This document shows, one piece after another, positions 47,701 through 59,316 of a DNA stretch of 64,000 bases. Under the pieces are notes generated by a model that made no database searches, was not told the origin of the DNA, and saw only the letters and a program-made list of their open reading frames with translations. The stretch is from Oikopleura dioica (Eukaryota; Animalia; Chordata), in contig OU015567.1 of the NCBI GenBank assembly GCA_907165135.1, positions 4,278,001-4,342,000 on the forward strand, in the 5' to 3' direction. How positions within the stretch are numbered: the first letter of the stretch is position 1; the number at the start of each line of letters is the position of its first letter. Position numbers and translations under genes: made by a program.

Positions 47701-47895
47701 TCAAAGCTTTTCATGAGCCCAATTATCCATTACCAGTCATCTCTTAGAACGAAAACTGCTGACAAAGAAGAAGCAACGCCAGAATCGCTCGAGTACTTGA
47801 AGAGCAAATTATCCCGAGAATATGAGCTGTATAATTTTATCAAGAAGACATTTTACGAAAGAATAGAAGAATTTAAGAGAAGCGGACTTTGGTAA
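44724..47895 (+). CDS. Heparan sulfate 2-O / uronyl 2-sulfotransferase-like protein (multi-exon; first exon tentative)
   Basis: IIYNRVPKCGSTT PAPS-binding loop (45403), YINIARDPVSHFISKFYYHR, LIPFFCGH, YAIVGVTEDL and EYELYNFIK. Confidence 0.85.
46344..46775. repeat. 55-56-bp minisatellite x8 in a sulfotransferase intron
   Basis: Unit CCGTCTCAGCCCCGTTCCTTGATTTTTAACTTTAAGGGGCTTGACGGCCCTTCGGG; copies differ only in T- and G-run length. Confidence 0.95.
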
Positions 47896-48454
47896 TGATG
47901 TTGTTGAAGATCCAATTGATGAAACTCGAAGATAATCTACGAAAATACCTTTTCTGGTTGTTTCAGAAATAAAACTGGTTTTTTTTATCATTTTTATCGC
48001 TTTATTGGGAGTTTTCACGATTGACTAAACGTTTATTTGTCGCTGCTTTAGTAAAATTAATATTGCTGCATAATTTCTGCGCCATAATTTATGATAAATT
48101 GGTATCAAATAAATGAATTAAGACGGGTCTCTTTGACAGAATCGCGTAGACAAGCAATCAACATAATTTGAAAAATAAGCAATTCAACCGTGTTAATAAC
48201 TGTTGTTTGTCGTTTAGTCGATGCTCAAAAACGTAGATACAGTGTCTCGAATGCGTATTATGCCGATTTATTAGAGCTTTTTCGTCGAGACCATTATTAT
48301 TATGTGAACATTATGTATTCAAGGCTATCGATAGCAGCAACAAACTTCAAAGCTCAGCCTCGATTTTCGATAGTTATCAAGTGGAGGTTACCATTGCCTT
48401 ATGCAAGCAGCTCTGAAAATAACGAAAGTACATTGTTCTAAAAGCACTCATCCC

Positions 48455-49266
48455 TAGGCTTATAAGATGAAAATTCGGCCCTTTTTTCTAACTTAGTTTA
48501 GGGGTCGTATGACACAGTTTTAGAAAGCCCAGAGCCTAAGCTTTCATTTGAGCACCATATCAAGGGGTCTGGGTCATGCCCGCAAGGCAATTTATTGGAC
48601 CGGAAGTTCCGAAATCGGCCCAAGAACTCTTCAATAGGATTTTTGAGTGCCGGTAGTCATTCGAAATGGTTCGAGAATAGGTGCGTTAGAAAGCTCAGCG
48701 TCTGAGCTTTCTATAGAGCCAATAAAATACTGCTGCCATGCCACCTAGTGGCCACTAGGAGCGCTAGAAACTCGAATTCTGCCCTGGAAAAGGGATTTTT
48801 ACACTAGAAAATGTTCATTTGGTCGAAATTTCAGGCTTCTATTTTTGAGTAAAGGCTTCTTAGCCCTGGCATGGCGTTTAACGGTGGTCAAACCGTCCGG
48901 TTGAGACGAAGATTATTGCGCTTCCTCCCTAAAAATCCTCAAAGGTCACTATTCTAGCGCCTCTAGCGGCCACTAGGTGACAGGGCAGCAGTATTTTATT
49001 GGCTTTTTAGAAAGCTCAGACGCTGGGCTTTCTAACGCACCTACTCTCAAGCCATTTGGAGCCAGTACCGGCAACCAAAAATTCGATTGAAGAGTTTTAG
49101 TGCCAATTTCGGAACTTCCGGTGCCATGAATTGCCCTGCGGGCATGACCCAGACCACTCGATATGGGGCTCAAATGAAAGCTTATCTTCTGGGCTTTCAG
49201 AATATGTGTCATATGACCCCTCAACTGAGCTAGAAAAAGTGGCCAAATTTTTATCTAATAAGCCTA
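48455..49266. mobile_element. 812-bp non-autonomous hAT-like fold-back element
   Basis: 8-bp TSD CTCATCCC (48447-48454 and 49267-49274), TAGGCTTAT...ATAAGCCTA ends and ~315-bp imperfect inverted arms. Confidence 0.85.
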
Positions 49267-49513
49267 CTCATCCCGCCATTTCTTCCTTCTCGATAACTTA
49301 ATTTTATCCAGTAGTTATCCATAAGAGTTTATCCAGGAACTCTTGAGATTGAAAAAATATTTTTCTAGGAAAATTAATATCGTCGCTTTTGTACTGAAAA
49401 TAATTCTGAATAAAATAACGCGAAATTTTCTTATAAAAAATTTATTCAGGAGAAAAAATTCTGAATGTCGTTCAAGTTGTAAAAAAGTAATATACAGATA
49501 AACATCAAAATTT

Positions 49514-50215
49514 TCAGCAATACTTCTTATTCATCTTTTCGAGCCATTGTGGCCATCTCTTCAGCGGTCGCTTCTTGATTCCATCTTTGCATGCGTAGTT
49601 TTCTGTCCAAAGCTTTGCTACGTCCTCAACCAGCGTAGCTTGAGTGCAAAGGTCGGTGGAGTTGGAAGCGGTCGCCACAAAGTCAATGAAGTCGGAGCCG
49701 CCGTATTTCACCGAATCGTAAGGCTCCACGCAGCTCAGCGAATCGTCGTTTGTAGCGAAAATCCGATCGAGTTTGGAATATCGCCGAGTGAAGAAGCGGT
49801 CGGTTCTGGTGCCGAGGGCTTTTAGGGGATTGACAAAATTTAAATAAAAAAAAAATATAAGAAAATTAACAAAATTAACAAAAATTGAAAAAAATAACAA
49901 AATTGAAGATTCTTAATTGCCAATCATTCCTAAAAGATCCATCATTTCCATTGCAAAACTATGGATTTCAGTCCTCGCTTCTGTTCCGGTCATCACTGCT
50001 GGCTTCGTCGTTGTTGTCGTCGTTGTTGTTGTAGTGGTCGTTGTGCCGGATGTCGTCGTTCCAGAAGTCGTCGATGTGAATGTCGTATAGCTGACCGTTG
50101 TGTGGGTTGATGTTGTCGACTCAAACGTCGTTGTTGGGATGAAAGAAGTAGTTGTTGTTGGAAGATCTGTTGTTTGTCCGTTGACGAGAGCTAAAACGGT
50201 GAAGAAAAGCTTCAT
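49514..50215 (-). CDS. Secreted Thr-rich (mucin-like) protein with a C-terminal Cys-containing domain, 2 exons
   Basis: Signal peptide MKLFFTVLALVNG, a poly-Thr tract, and a second exon ...ALGTRTDRFF...KMNKKYC*. Confidence 0.7.
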
Positions 50216-50366
50216 TTTTAGCTCGTTCTTGTTTTCTCTTTTCGAATTTGGTGCTTCCTTAATTTTGGACCGGGCAATTTATAGAGCGGTGCTTTAGCGC
50301 CCATTCCCGTTATCGACAATATGAATCCCGAAAATTCTCTTATCAGAGGGCTTTCTACGGACTTAA

Positions 50367-51054
50367 GGGATCCCCCCCCCGATTTCGACAACTTTGACTC
50401 CGAACTACTTTTTTTAGGGCTGAGCTTTTAACATGTATGAGGCCTCATTTTGAAGCCCGTTTCTTAATGAAGAAACTCTAGTACAGAAATTAATTTTCAT
50501 AAAGGGAAACACCATGAAAAGACGGGCTGAACACATTGATACTCACGAAAAACCCCATTTTGGGCCATTTTCAAAATCGAACTAGTTTTTTCTGCTCTTA
50601 GATAGAGCCCTAAATCAATAACAACTGTCTTCCTTGATCTCTGATCTACAATCTCTAGTACAGGCATGTGATTCCGTCAAGGATTGTAGAATTTTTCTAA
50701 ACAAGAAGTTTTTTAACTGATTTTTGCCATTTTTTGAGTTTCTTTGTTCTCTAGCGCCTTTGAGTGGTTAGATATTTTATTAAATCTAATTTTTTCTAAT
50801 TCAGTTTTCTTTAAGCTTTCTAAAGAGCCCTTATTCATCTGATTATGTCGACTTTCAAAAGTCGAAAAAATTGCGATTTTTTTCTAAGTAAAACTTTTCG
50901 TTAAAATAAGCCATTTTCAAAGCTGTGTCACGGCTTACCACGTGACGGACTTCCTTTGACATAATATATGAAAATGATCGTCAGACAACGGAGATTCCAA
51001 AAATATATCACATAAAAGCTCTCGATGATATTTTTCAAATCGGGAGGGGATCCC
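50367..51054. mobile_element. TTAA-flanked non-autonomous DNA element (Kolobok-like)
   Basis: TTAA on both sides; TIR GGGATCCCCCCCCCGATTT / AAATCGGGAGGGGATCCC. Confidence 0.75.
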
Positions 51055-51273
51055 TTAAGCGGCCCAGAGACCAGCGGACGGGCTCGGTTCCGGATTTATC
51101 TACTACAGCGAAAAGGACTTACCGGGAATGTGCTGATACAAGGCGATTAGATACGTTCGCACTGAGATTAACCGTGAATAGATCATTCTTAGGGATTCTC
51201 TGTCGACCAGTTCTTCTAGAACTATTTTTGTTCGCCGGTTAAATCACATTTTTCTTATAAAAAAAGAGAGAAA

Positions 51274-51984
51274 ATGAAGGTTTTTCTGTTAATTTTTGCG
51301 TTTTCTTTCGCATCGGAGTCCGTTAAAAGCTGCAAAGATTTGGAAGTTTTGGAGGAAAATGGCGGAGGTAGAAATTTTTTAGTTTGAAAGCCTCATTTTT
51401 TTTTTGTAGAAATCGACGGAAAGGACATTTTAATGATGAGACAAAAATGCCGCGTGGACAAAAAATACGAAGAAAGTCTGTCGAAGGGGAAGATAAGACG
51501 ATTACTCAGCTCCGTGGTTACTTCTCTTCAAGAACTTCGAAAAGACTTCGTGGTAGCACTTACTTTAGTGACAGGTTTTTTAATTATAAATTTTAAGCAT
51601 ACAAGACGAGTAGAATGTGGCCATTGGGAACAAGTGAAGAAAATTTCGGAGATTTTGTTGAAACTCGACGACAAGGAAATTCCCTCAATTGATCAGATTT
51701 TTCCTTCTTGATTCCTTTTTGATGAAAATATGAAGTTGATAGAAACGCTGCCAAAAATGCAAGATGATCCGACAGACCAGATCCTTGGCCTTGCGAATCT
51801 GCTCATACACATGCACCAAACTCTTGAAGAGAAAAATTGCGCCCTCTCTGGACAAGTCGACCTCAAATTGGAAAAAGGATATTTGAAGAAACTTGTTCAA
51901 AAATTGCATGAAAGCCAAGGCGAAAATGAAAACATGAACGACCATTTTCAGGAAAAGTCATCAAAATTATCAAAACTTTTATGA
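51274..51984 (+). CDS. Small secreted, probably coiled-coil protein (multi-exon), unknown family
   Basis: Signal peptide MKVFLLIFAFSFASES followed by GT-AG-separated exons matching ORFs 51433-51711 and 51730-51984. Confidence 0.55.
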
Positions 51985-52339
51985 AAAAGAAAAACTCCAT
52001 TGAAACTTCTCAAAAGATACGACGAAAGAAGAATAAGCCAAAATTCGGAGCCTTCAAGCAATTTCTTCTTGTTGTATTTTTGATTATTTGCGCGATCATT
52101 GGGTTTTTCGCTTATAAATGCAACAAGTAAGAAAATTTGAAAAAAAAATTCTTTCTGCATTGCCAACTTATTAAAGGTTTATTTTGTAATAAAATATATT
52201 TGTTTTTTTTTGTTTGCAAAAATTATCATGAAAAGGTGTTTTTCTTCTTATGCAATTTCAGTTGAGTAAAAGTCGATTTACTTTAGTTGCAACACGGATC
52301 GTCCCTAATCAAATATTGTAAAAGCACTTAAAATTATGC

Positions 52340-52877
52340 TTACACAGGCTCCACTGCTCGATCTTTGGACCAGCCGAAGGCGAAATATCCGAGAGCAAAG
52401 CCAAGGCAGGTCGCGAAAATGAGCCAGGTGTTGAAGTACATCACGGCGAGCATTAGAGTGTAGGAGATCCAGACGTTGACAAAGTGGAGGAGGGAAGCTC
52501 CGATGTGGCCAGGGCCGAAGATTCGCGCGATGATTCCTTCTCGTCGTTTTTCGCGCTTTCCGGTGGCGATGTTGTGCTCGAGAACCTGAGTTTATTTATG
52601 ATAAATTATTGTTTTTTCGATAATATTTAAGATAAGTTGCGAATGGAGGTCTTTTGTCACATGAAAAAAGGAACCTTCTGTTAACAGACTAAATTTTTCA
52701 CTACGTTTGAACCTTCAATCCTTCGTAGAAAAAGGCCAGGAAGAAGAGCGCAAATCCAGCTTTCATGTGATCGTTGGAATTGTGCAGCATCCAGTCTTTG
52801 AAGAGAAAGCCGTGGATCATTCCTCCTTCGTGGAAGTACATGATCATTCCGTGATCCCCGTGACCGCCGTGATCCAT
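52340..52877 (-). CDS. SLC31A1: High-affinity copper transporter CTR/SLC31 family, 2 exons
   Basis: His/Met-rich N-terminus MDHGGHGDHGMIMYFH, FYEGLK, LLHFVNVWISYTLMLAVMYFN (MxxxM) and GxxxG GFALGYF. Confidence 0.88.
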
Positions 52878-53339
52878 CTTTTGTTTTTGAAATTTTTAGC
52901 CTCTCTTGTGATGATTTTCAACAAAAACAAGCTGTTTTATAGTATGTGGTTAAATATTAAATCTTTTTCTGGCCTTGAATAGTTGTTTGACTTACGTATG
53001 TTTTCCATTTTCTTGACTTCGAAATCAACCCAGGGTCATGAAAGATGTTTGACTTAAGAAAATATCCCGTTATATAACATGACCGAGTTTCTAGTCAGGA
53101 ATCCCTCGACCAATAAATTATCGGCGATAATTGACAACTCAACATCTCTCAATGAGGAGACCTCGTTCTTGTTGCGCAACGGAACCCTGCTAACAAGGGT
53201 CTGCTGGAAGTCAATAAAAAGACTCTTATCTTGACTTGATCCTCACATAAATTCTGCAAATAGTACTTCCGCATCACGAGAAATGGCCTCGATAAACAAC
53301 CAAAGAAAGAAGCTTTATTTTAAATGTCAGCAGAAAAAT

Positions 53340-54944
53340 TCAGGAAAGCTTGCCATCCCAGGGAATAATCGGATAACCAGACGCATATTTTATCGATCCT
53401 TTTTGGTACACATCTCCTTTGCTTGGCTTCCAAGTCAGAACCTTCTTCGCCTCAATTTGCATCGCTTTCTGTTCGTTGCACATTTCCCATTGCTCCACCG
53501 CTCCACCTGCTTTGTTTAGTTCCGATAGTTTCTTCGCTTCTGAGATAGCGGTTTCCGGAAAATTAATGCTCTCAGGGTCAGATTTTGTTTTCCGATGAAG
53601 CGTTTCTACTTCGCTGGGGGAGAAGCCAAAGACGATGAAATCTTCGTAATAGGCTCGGTACAAGCGCTCGAAAATTTCTGTCGGAAGGGATTCGAAAGCG
53701 TCATCGAAATTTGAGCGGTGCGCTGATTTGTAATCTTTTTTAAGCTCCTCTAGGTCATCCACATCTTGTAAAGACTGAAATAAGGTCTTCAAGTTTGAGA
53801 TTCTCAAAAAATATAGAAAAAAAATTTTTTGTGAGATTTTTATGGTTCTTCGAAATTTGAGCTTTTTCCTGATGGCAACGAAAACTTTTGCTTTTCAGTC
53901 ATTCCATTGATCAAAAACGGGAGTTCCTCGTGCACATTTTCCAAATGCAAAATCTTCTCAAACTCAAACATGCACGGCGAGCAAAAATACCAGAAACTCC
54001 TCCAGTGCCAATTTCTGAACGAGTCGTCCATGTCGTCCATTGACAGATATTTCGCGAAATTCTCAAATGTTGCGTTGACGAGTTTGTCTTCAGGGACGCT
54101 GGTTTGGAAGTATTTCAGGGTTGGCCAAAGTTCGCTGAGGTATTTTTCTTCTCGATCTTTTACGTCATCTGGGCGAAATCCGTGCTTTTCCTAGAACTGG
54201 AAATCAAAAGCGAAATTAAGGTAGGAGCAAATTTACTTTCAAAGCTTCGATGAAATTTCCAGTTCGAAGTTTGTCTCCCCACGCTGAATACAACCGCTCA
54301 AAAGGATTCCGAACGATCGCGAATCGCAAATATTCGCTAAATTTATCATTTTTGTCGAGATAGTCTAAAGTCGTAACGGCACGATGATGAAGCTGCTTGT
54401 ACACCAAGGGGGCTTCGAAATCATCAGCGGTGCCGTTTTTGTAAGCCAATGGGGCGAGCGCTTTACTTAGCTTTTCATTTTTTGTTGAAATCAAGGAAGA
54501 AAATATGAAAAGAGAAAATCATCTCCTTTCCGAGTCGACGATTTTGATTTTGAAATTCAAAAAAGCCTTTCCTCGATGAAACGAAGTCGTTCCACATTTA
54601 GGCACAAGACATGCTAGAATTTTGTTGTCGGCAAGATCGAAAAGGGAACGCGAAAAGCCAGGAAATCGCGGCCCACATTCAGATGTCTCTTCGACATCTT
54701 CTAGAGATGCTTCAAGATCATGAACTTTCTTGTGGAAATCGAGGAGTTCGGAAAAACTGGAATTCTTCGATTTCTTGAGTCTGTAAATTTCGCCTTTAAC
54801 AGAACAACTTCTCTGTAGTATTTTCTTTCTTCTTTCAAACAACTTCTCTAGCCGCGAATTTCGCAAGTAGATCTTTAAAAAATTGAAGCCAAGAAAAGCG
54901 AGTAGGAATCCAAAAGCGTACTCCAATCGACGCTTTCGGATCAT
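53340..54944 (-). CDS. Carbohydrate sulfotransferase (CHST8-14-like, Sulfotransfer_2), multi-exon
   Basis: N-terminal TM, CLVPKCGTTS, FAIVRNPFERLYSAW, HWRSFWYFCSPC and LYRAYYEDFIVFGF. Confidence 0.88.
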
Positions 54945-57900
54945 GGCTTTTTGGGTTGTTTTTCTTGGAGAATGAAGATTTGAAAATCCTGCACGTAAAA
55001 TGCCTTCAGGCACGATCGATTCTAGATTCCTTCTGTCGTACTTTAAAGGTCGTTCACTGAACTTTCAGTCGTTCTCAAAAGCGCAAAAATATTTTTTCAC
55101 CAAGAATATTTCTTAGATAAGGGGTCATTTTCAGGTTAAAGAATCATTTTGCGTATCAAACCTTCCAATCTCGAATCGTTCTATAAACGTACAAAACCGC
55201 AATCTCATGTTCTCCTTGTCTCCATTTCATTCCTTCCCTATGACTAGCCAAAGCGCTTTCTCCCAAAACTCCACGGCGGTGAAAGTTTCAAGTGCCCGAG
55301 CTCCATTATCGCCTCCGTCGGGAGCAAAATTCTTCCCATTCGGTAATGCTCCTAATAATCATGTTTCTTCGCCTTATCAGCCGTTTCGTTTGATTCGGTT
55401 TTCGCGAAGTTCTGACTATAAATAACGCAGTTTTGGTTCCTTGGTAAAACAAGCGAACATTGTTGTTGGCAAAATTGGATGAATACGCGGATCCGGATCG
55501 GGAAAGGGAGAGAAAGGGAGTACCAAACTTCCGAGTGAAAATATGATCAGGAGATTAGTAAGAGATGATAGCATTCGCCAGGTTTTCCGTGATAACAAAT
55601 TGACGAATTAACCACGTTAGAGGACTTTTTCATCAAAAGCAAGGACATATGGACCATATGATATGGTCCATATCATATGGACCCTTCCTCTTAAATACAG
55701 TAAGCAAACTGAAGTACCAGACCCCCTGCTCCAACCGAATTAGGAACGAGCCTGCCCAATAAGCCGGAAACTACTGATACTAACAGTTTATTATCTTCTC
55801 GCTGAGAGCGGTTGCAAAAACGAGGCTAATCTTTGGCGCAGATCGATTTCAGTGAAGTGAAAAAATTTAGTAGCTTGACCCGGTATCGCTCGATATCTGC
55901 TCAAATAAAATCGCAGGAAGTAGGATTTTAATCTCCCACGGTTTAATCACGGCCAAGATCGGTTCCGGGCTGATGATGAGATATTTCCGTTTTGGCTCGA
56001 GTACTTCTGAGGGCTCGAGCGTATAAATGAGAAATGGAAGAGCCAATTAAGGGTGTCAGTAAATTAAAGGATAAAAAGAAAGAATCTCTCTTTCTTGACT
56101 CAGAAACCTGTGTAAAAACCTGAGTCAGGGTTTTGAAAGAGTCTTTTTAGAGACGAAGCCCTCTCTTACAAAACCCTGACTCAGGTTTCCAACACAGGTT
56201 GCCGAACTCAACTCTACACCCTTAAATCTCCAATTCCTTTTGGCAATTTTTGTCTTGGAAGATGCTTGATTCTAAAATGTCACCGAAAATGTTTGAAACC
56301 CAGTGTCTAAAACAAAATGTCTCCAAGACTTCCTTCTTTTCCAAAATAAACAAAATCGTTTCAAAATTCCAATTTTGTTACTTTGATCAAAGCGTTTTCG
56401 CCGCGACTTGGCGCGTTCTAAATTCCGTGGCGCCGATCAAAGTTCTCCGGCACCATAAATGACCCCACGGGGCCATTTTAACCCGCCGCCGCGAGAATTA
56501 ACCTACTGTATCACACGCGTAATTATTACACCGGTACCGACGGGAATGGATGTTAGCGGAAATATAGGGATTTCGGAATAAAAAGACGCATTTTTAACAA
56601 AACTAACGAAACAAAGCATGAATATCGAATAATAAGATTTTTACTATAATATGATTCAAACTATATAAATAATTTTTCTTATAATACGAAAAAACCTTCA
56701 TAGTTTTTATATTTCCTTTTTAGAAAAAAACAGAAATTGCAAATAGAATATTCCTGAAAAACCATAAATATAATATCATTCGTGGTTGTATATACTTTTA
56801 TAGAAAAGAAGTATTGATGAGAAAAAATTAGAATGACTAAGTCTTAGAATCCCGGCGTGCTTTTAAATGAATATTTAAAGCAATTGCTTAACCCCACATC
56901 TTAATTTACTGATTTCGGCGATTCGTTTTCATCATAAAAATATTCTTTCACAATCATGTCTAACAATCTTCCTAACAATACCCCTTCCTCAAATATCCAT
57001 GTTTACCAATTTTTTCATCACCCGATCTATCAGTCCATTGTTTCCCTCATTTCCCCTCAATTTATGATTAGTATGTGTGCCAAGTGGCTCCCCTCCTAAA
57101 TCATTATCAACCTCCCGGGTTACCATTTTTTCGAAGGGATGAGCAAATAGCACCGTAAATAGTCATTTGACTTGGAAATAAACATAAGAGCATTTTTGTT
57201 ATTTAGCCTCTCGACCGAAATTTTAGGCGATTCTTGAATAAGGGAATCAGGGCCACTTGAAGCAATCTTCAAATTTCAAATTCAACAATTTATTCCACAG
57301 AATCCAATTTTCCGCCTCAAAATCTCCATGTTGAATATTTAAAGAAGGCTTAAAACCAACTATATATCAAAGAAAAGGGGCGTCTGGCAGATGGATGTCC
57401 GAAGAAATCGAATTTCGTGCAAATTTGTACTCTTAGTTCGGCATATGTTTCTGCTTTATTTTATTTGCCCGGTTGCATCATTCTTAAACGGAGTCAGGGG
57501 CACTTGAACACAGCGTCCGAAGATCTGACTCCATCCACTCTTCGCGCTGGCTGGTACTCGAGCAGGGTTGATCAACCAGAAGTGGATCAGGATATTGCGA
57601 CTTTTAAGCACTTTCTGGCAGAAAAAAGTGAAGAGCCCAGTTTAGAATTTTGGCAAACGGAAAAAGTACCAAACCGAGGGGACGACGCTCCTCCTCACTG
57701 ATGTTTTGAGTGCGGGATATTGCCACTTTCCGGGATCAAGAAAACGAGCGTTTCCGGCGGGGAGAAGAGGGAGAGCTTGAACTTGGGAAGAGTTTGTTTG
57801 TAAATAGTTTAATTTGGAATCTTGACCTTCAAAAGAGCTCGGAAATTGGGAGAAACCGAAGTGGCATAGACTCTATGCCGCATAGAGTCACAAAGTTGAT

Positions 57901-59316
57901 AAATTAATTGAAAGGTAAAGAAGCTTTGCGGCTTCATTAAAAAAAAGCCGCTGCGCGGCTTTTGTCGAGGCTTTTCAAGAACCTGACATTGTAGGTTATT
58001 AGATAAATAGGTGGGTACTTAGATAAATAGGGTTCCTGGAAGCTCTCAATCATTTTCTTTGTAAGTTTGGCAAGTGGTGAAGATTTACGATTTGTACTCA
58101 AACTCGTCAAAAAAAAAGTAGCATCGCTCTAAAACTGGCCTTGGCGCGGCTCAACGGCGGATTGTGAGAGACAGATCAAACGAGCGCGCCGACAAGTTGG
58201 ATTGATCCCATAAAGGCCACGGCTCAGCCAGGGCGAAATTTATTTGCGCTACTTTCGAGCAATGCAAATTTCAAAAAGCTATTAGGCAAATTTTAAAAAA
58301 ATAAAAAAAAAGAAACAAAAATAACAAAATTTTCTCAAAATAAAAATTTTGGCAAACTTTGAGCAAAAAAATGCAATTTTAAATTTCAAGTCCACCAAAA
58401 TGCTCCAAGACGCGAGCAGCACTTTGATATAAATATAAACACACCTGCGGCGAGAAGAGCTGCTCATCAACTCGCCACATCAAAGAAATAATATATTTTC
58501 AATGGACTAGAAAATCCACGGTTTGAAACTTCTTCGTTTCAGTTTTGAAAACAAACGGCGTCAAAATCAGAATCCACCGAATCAAAGTGTGATTTGAAGT
58601 TTTTTGAAGGGGAAGTTTTGTAAATAGCTTTTTTGAACCTCTTCGAAATGAAACTTTGTTTTCAGCTCATTTTGCGTTTTTCTCAATTTTTTCAAGAAAT
58701 ATGAGTTATCACGATAAGTTGAACCCAAAAAACTTTTTTGTAATTCTATTAAAATTCTTTGCTCTTTTATGGTTTTTCCTGATCAGAAGTCATTAGGAAA
58801 AAGATCTTCCTTCCATCTTTTATTAAAATTTTCAACATCCAAAAATCTTCGTCAACAGAGAAAAAAGCCTCAGTAGTCGGATATTTCTGACAAAATGGCC
58901 GGTTTTGGTCTGTTTTTTGGCAATATAACCCCTCACAAACCAACCGCCCAGGCCATTTTTAGATTTCTTCATCACCAACTGCAGAAATCGAGCCGAGAAG
59001 ATCAGCTGAGCGCGCTGAAAGCCGCGTAAAATCGCACGCGCGCGCGTGTTTTAGCGCAAGTTTTGCGCCGCAGTAACTAGTTGGCGCTCTGGAGCAGCGC
59101 ATGCGCCGCCGCACCAGCGCTCAATTTTCTCTCCTTCTCCAACTTCCGAATAACGCCCCGTGTTGAACTAGGAGTTAGAAAATCAAACTTTTTGAATCAA
59201 CAACTAAGAAGAAAGAATCTTTTCAATTTTTCAGCTCAGAACTTTCAAATAAGAGAGAGAAAAAATAACGAAAAATAGAGATTTTATGAAGAGCTGAAGT
59301 TTCCACGAAATCGAAA

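Noticed and set aside
55207-55598. Short minus-strand ORF with a hydrophobic N-terminus
   Set aside because: It may be a small gene, but there is no recognisable domain or convincing exon chain.
57390-57790. Possible degenerate hAT dimerisation-domain remnant (PSLEFWQ... RAFPAG)
   Set aside because: Only two weak motifs in different frames and no TIRs; an HMM search is needed before calling it.
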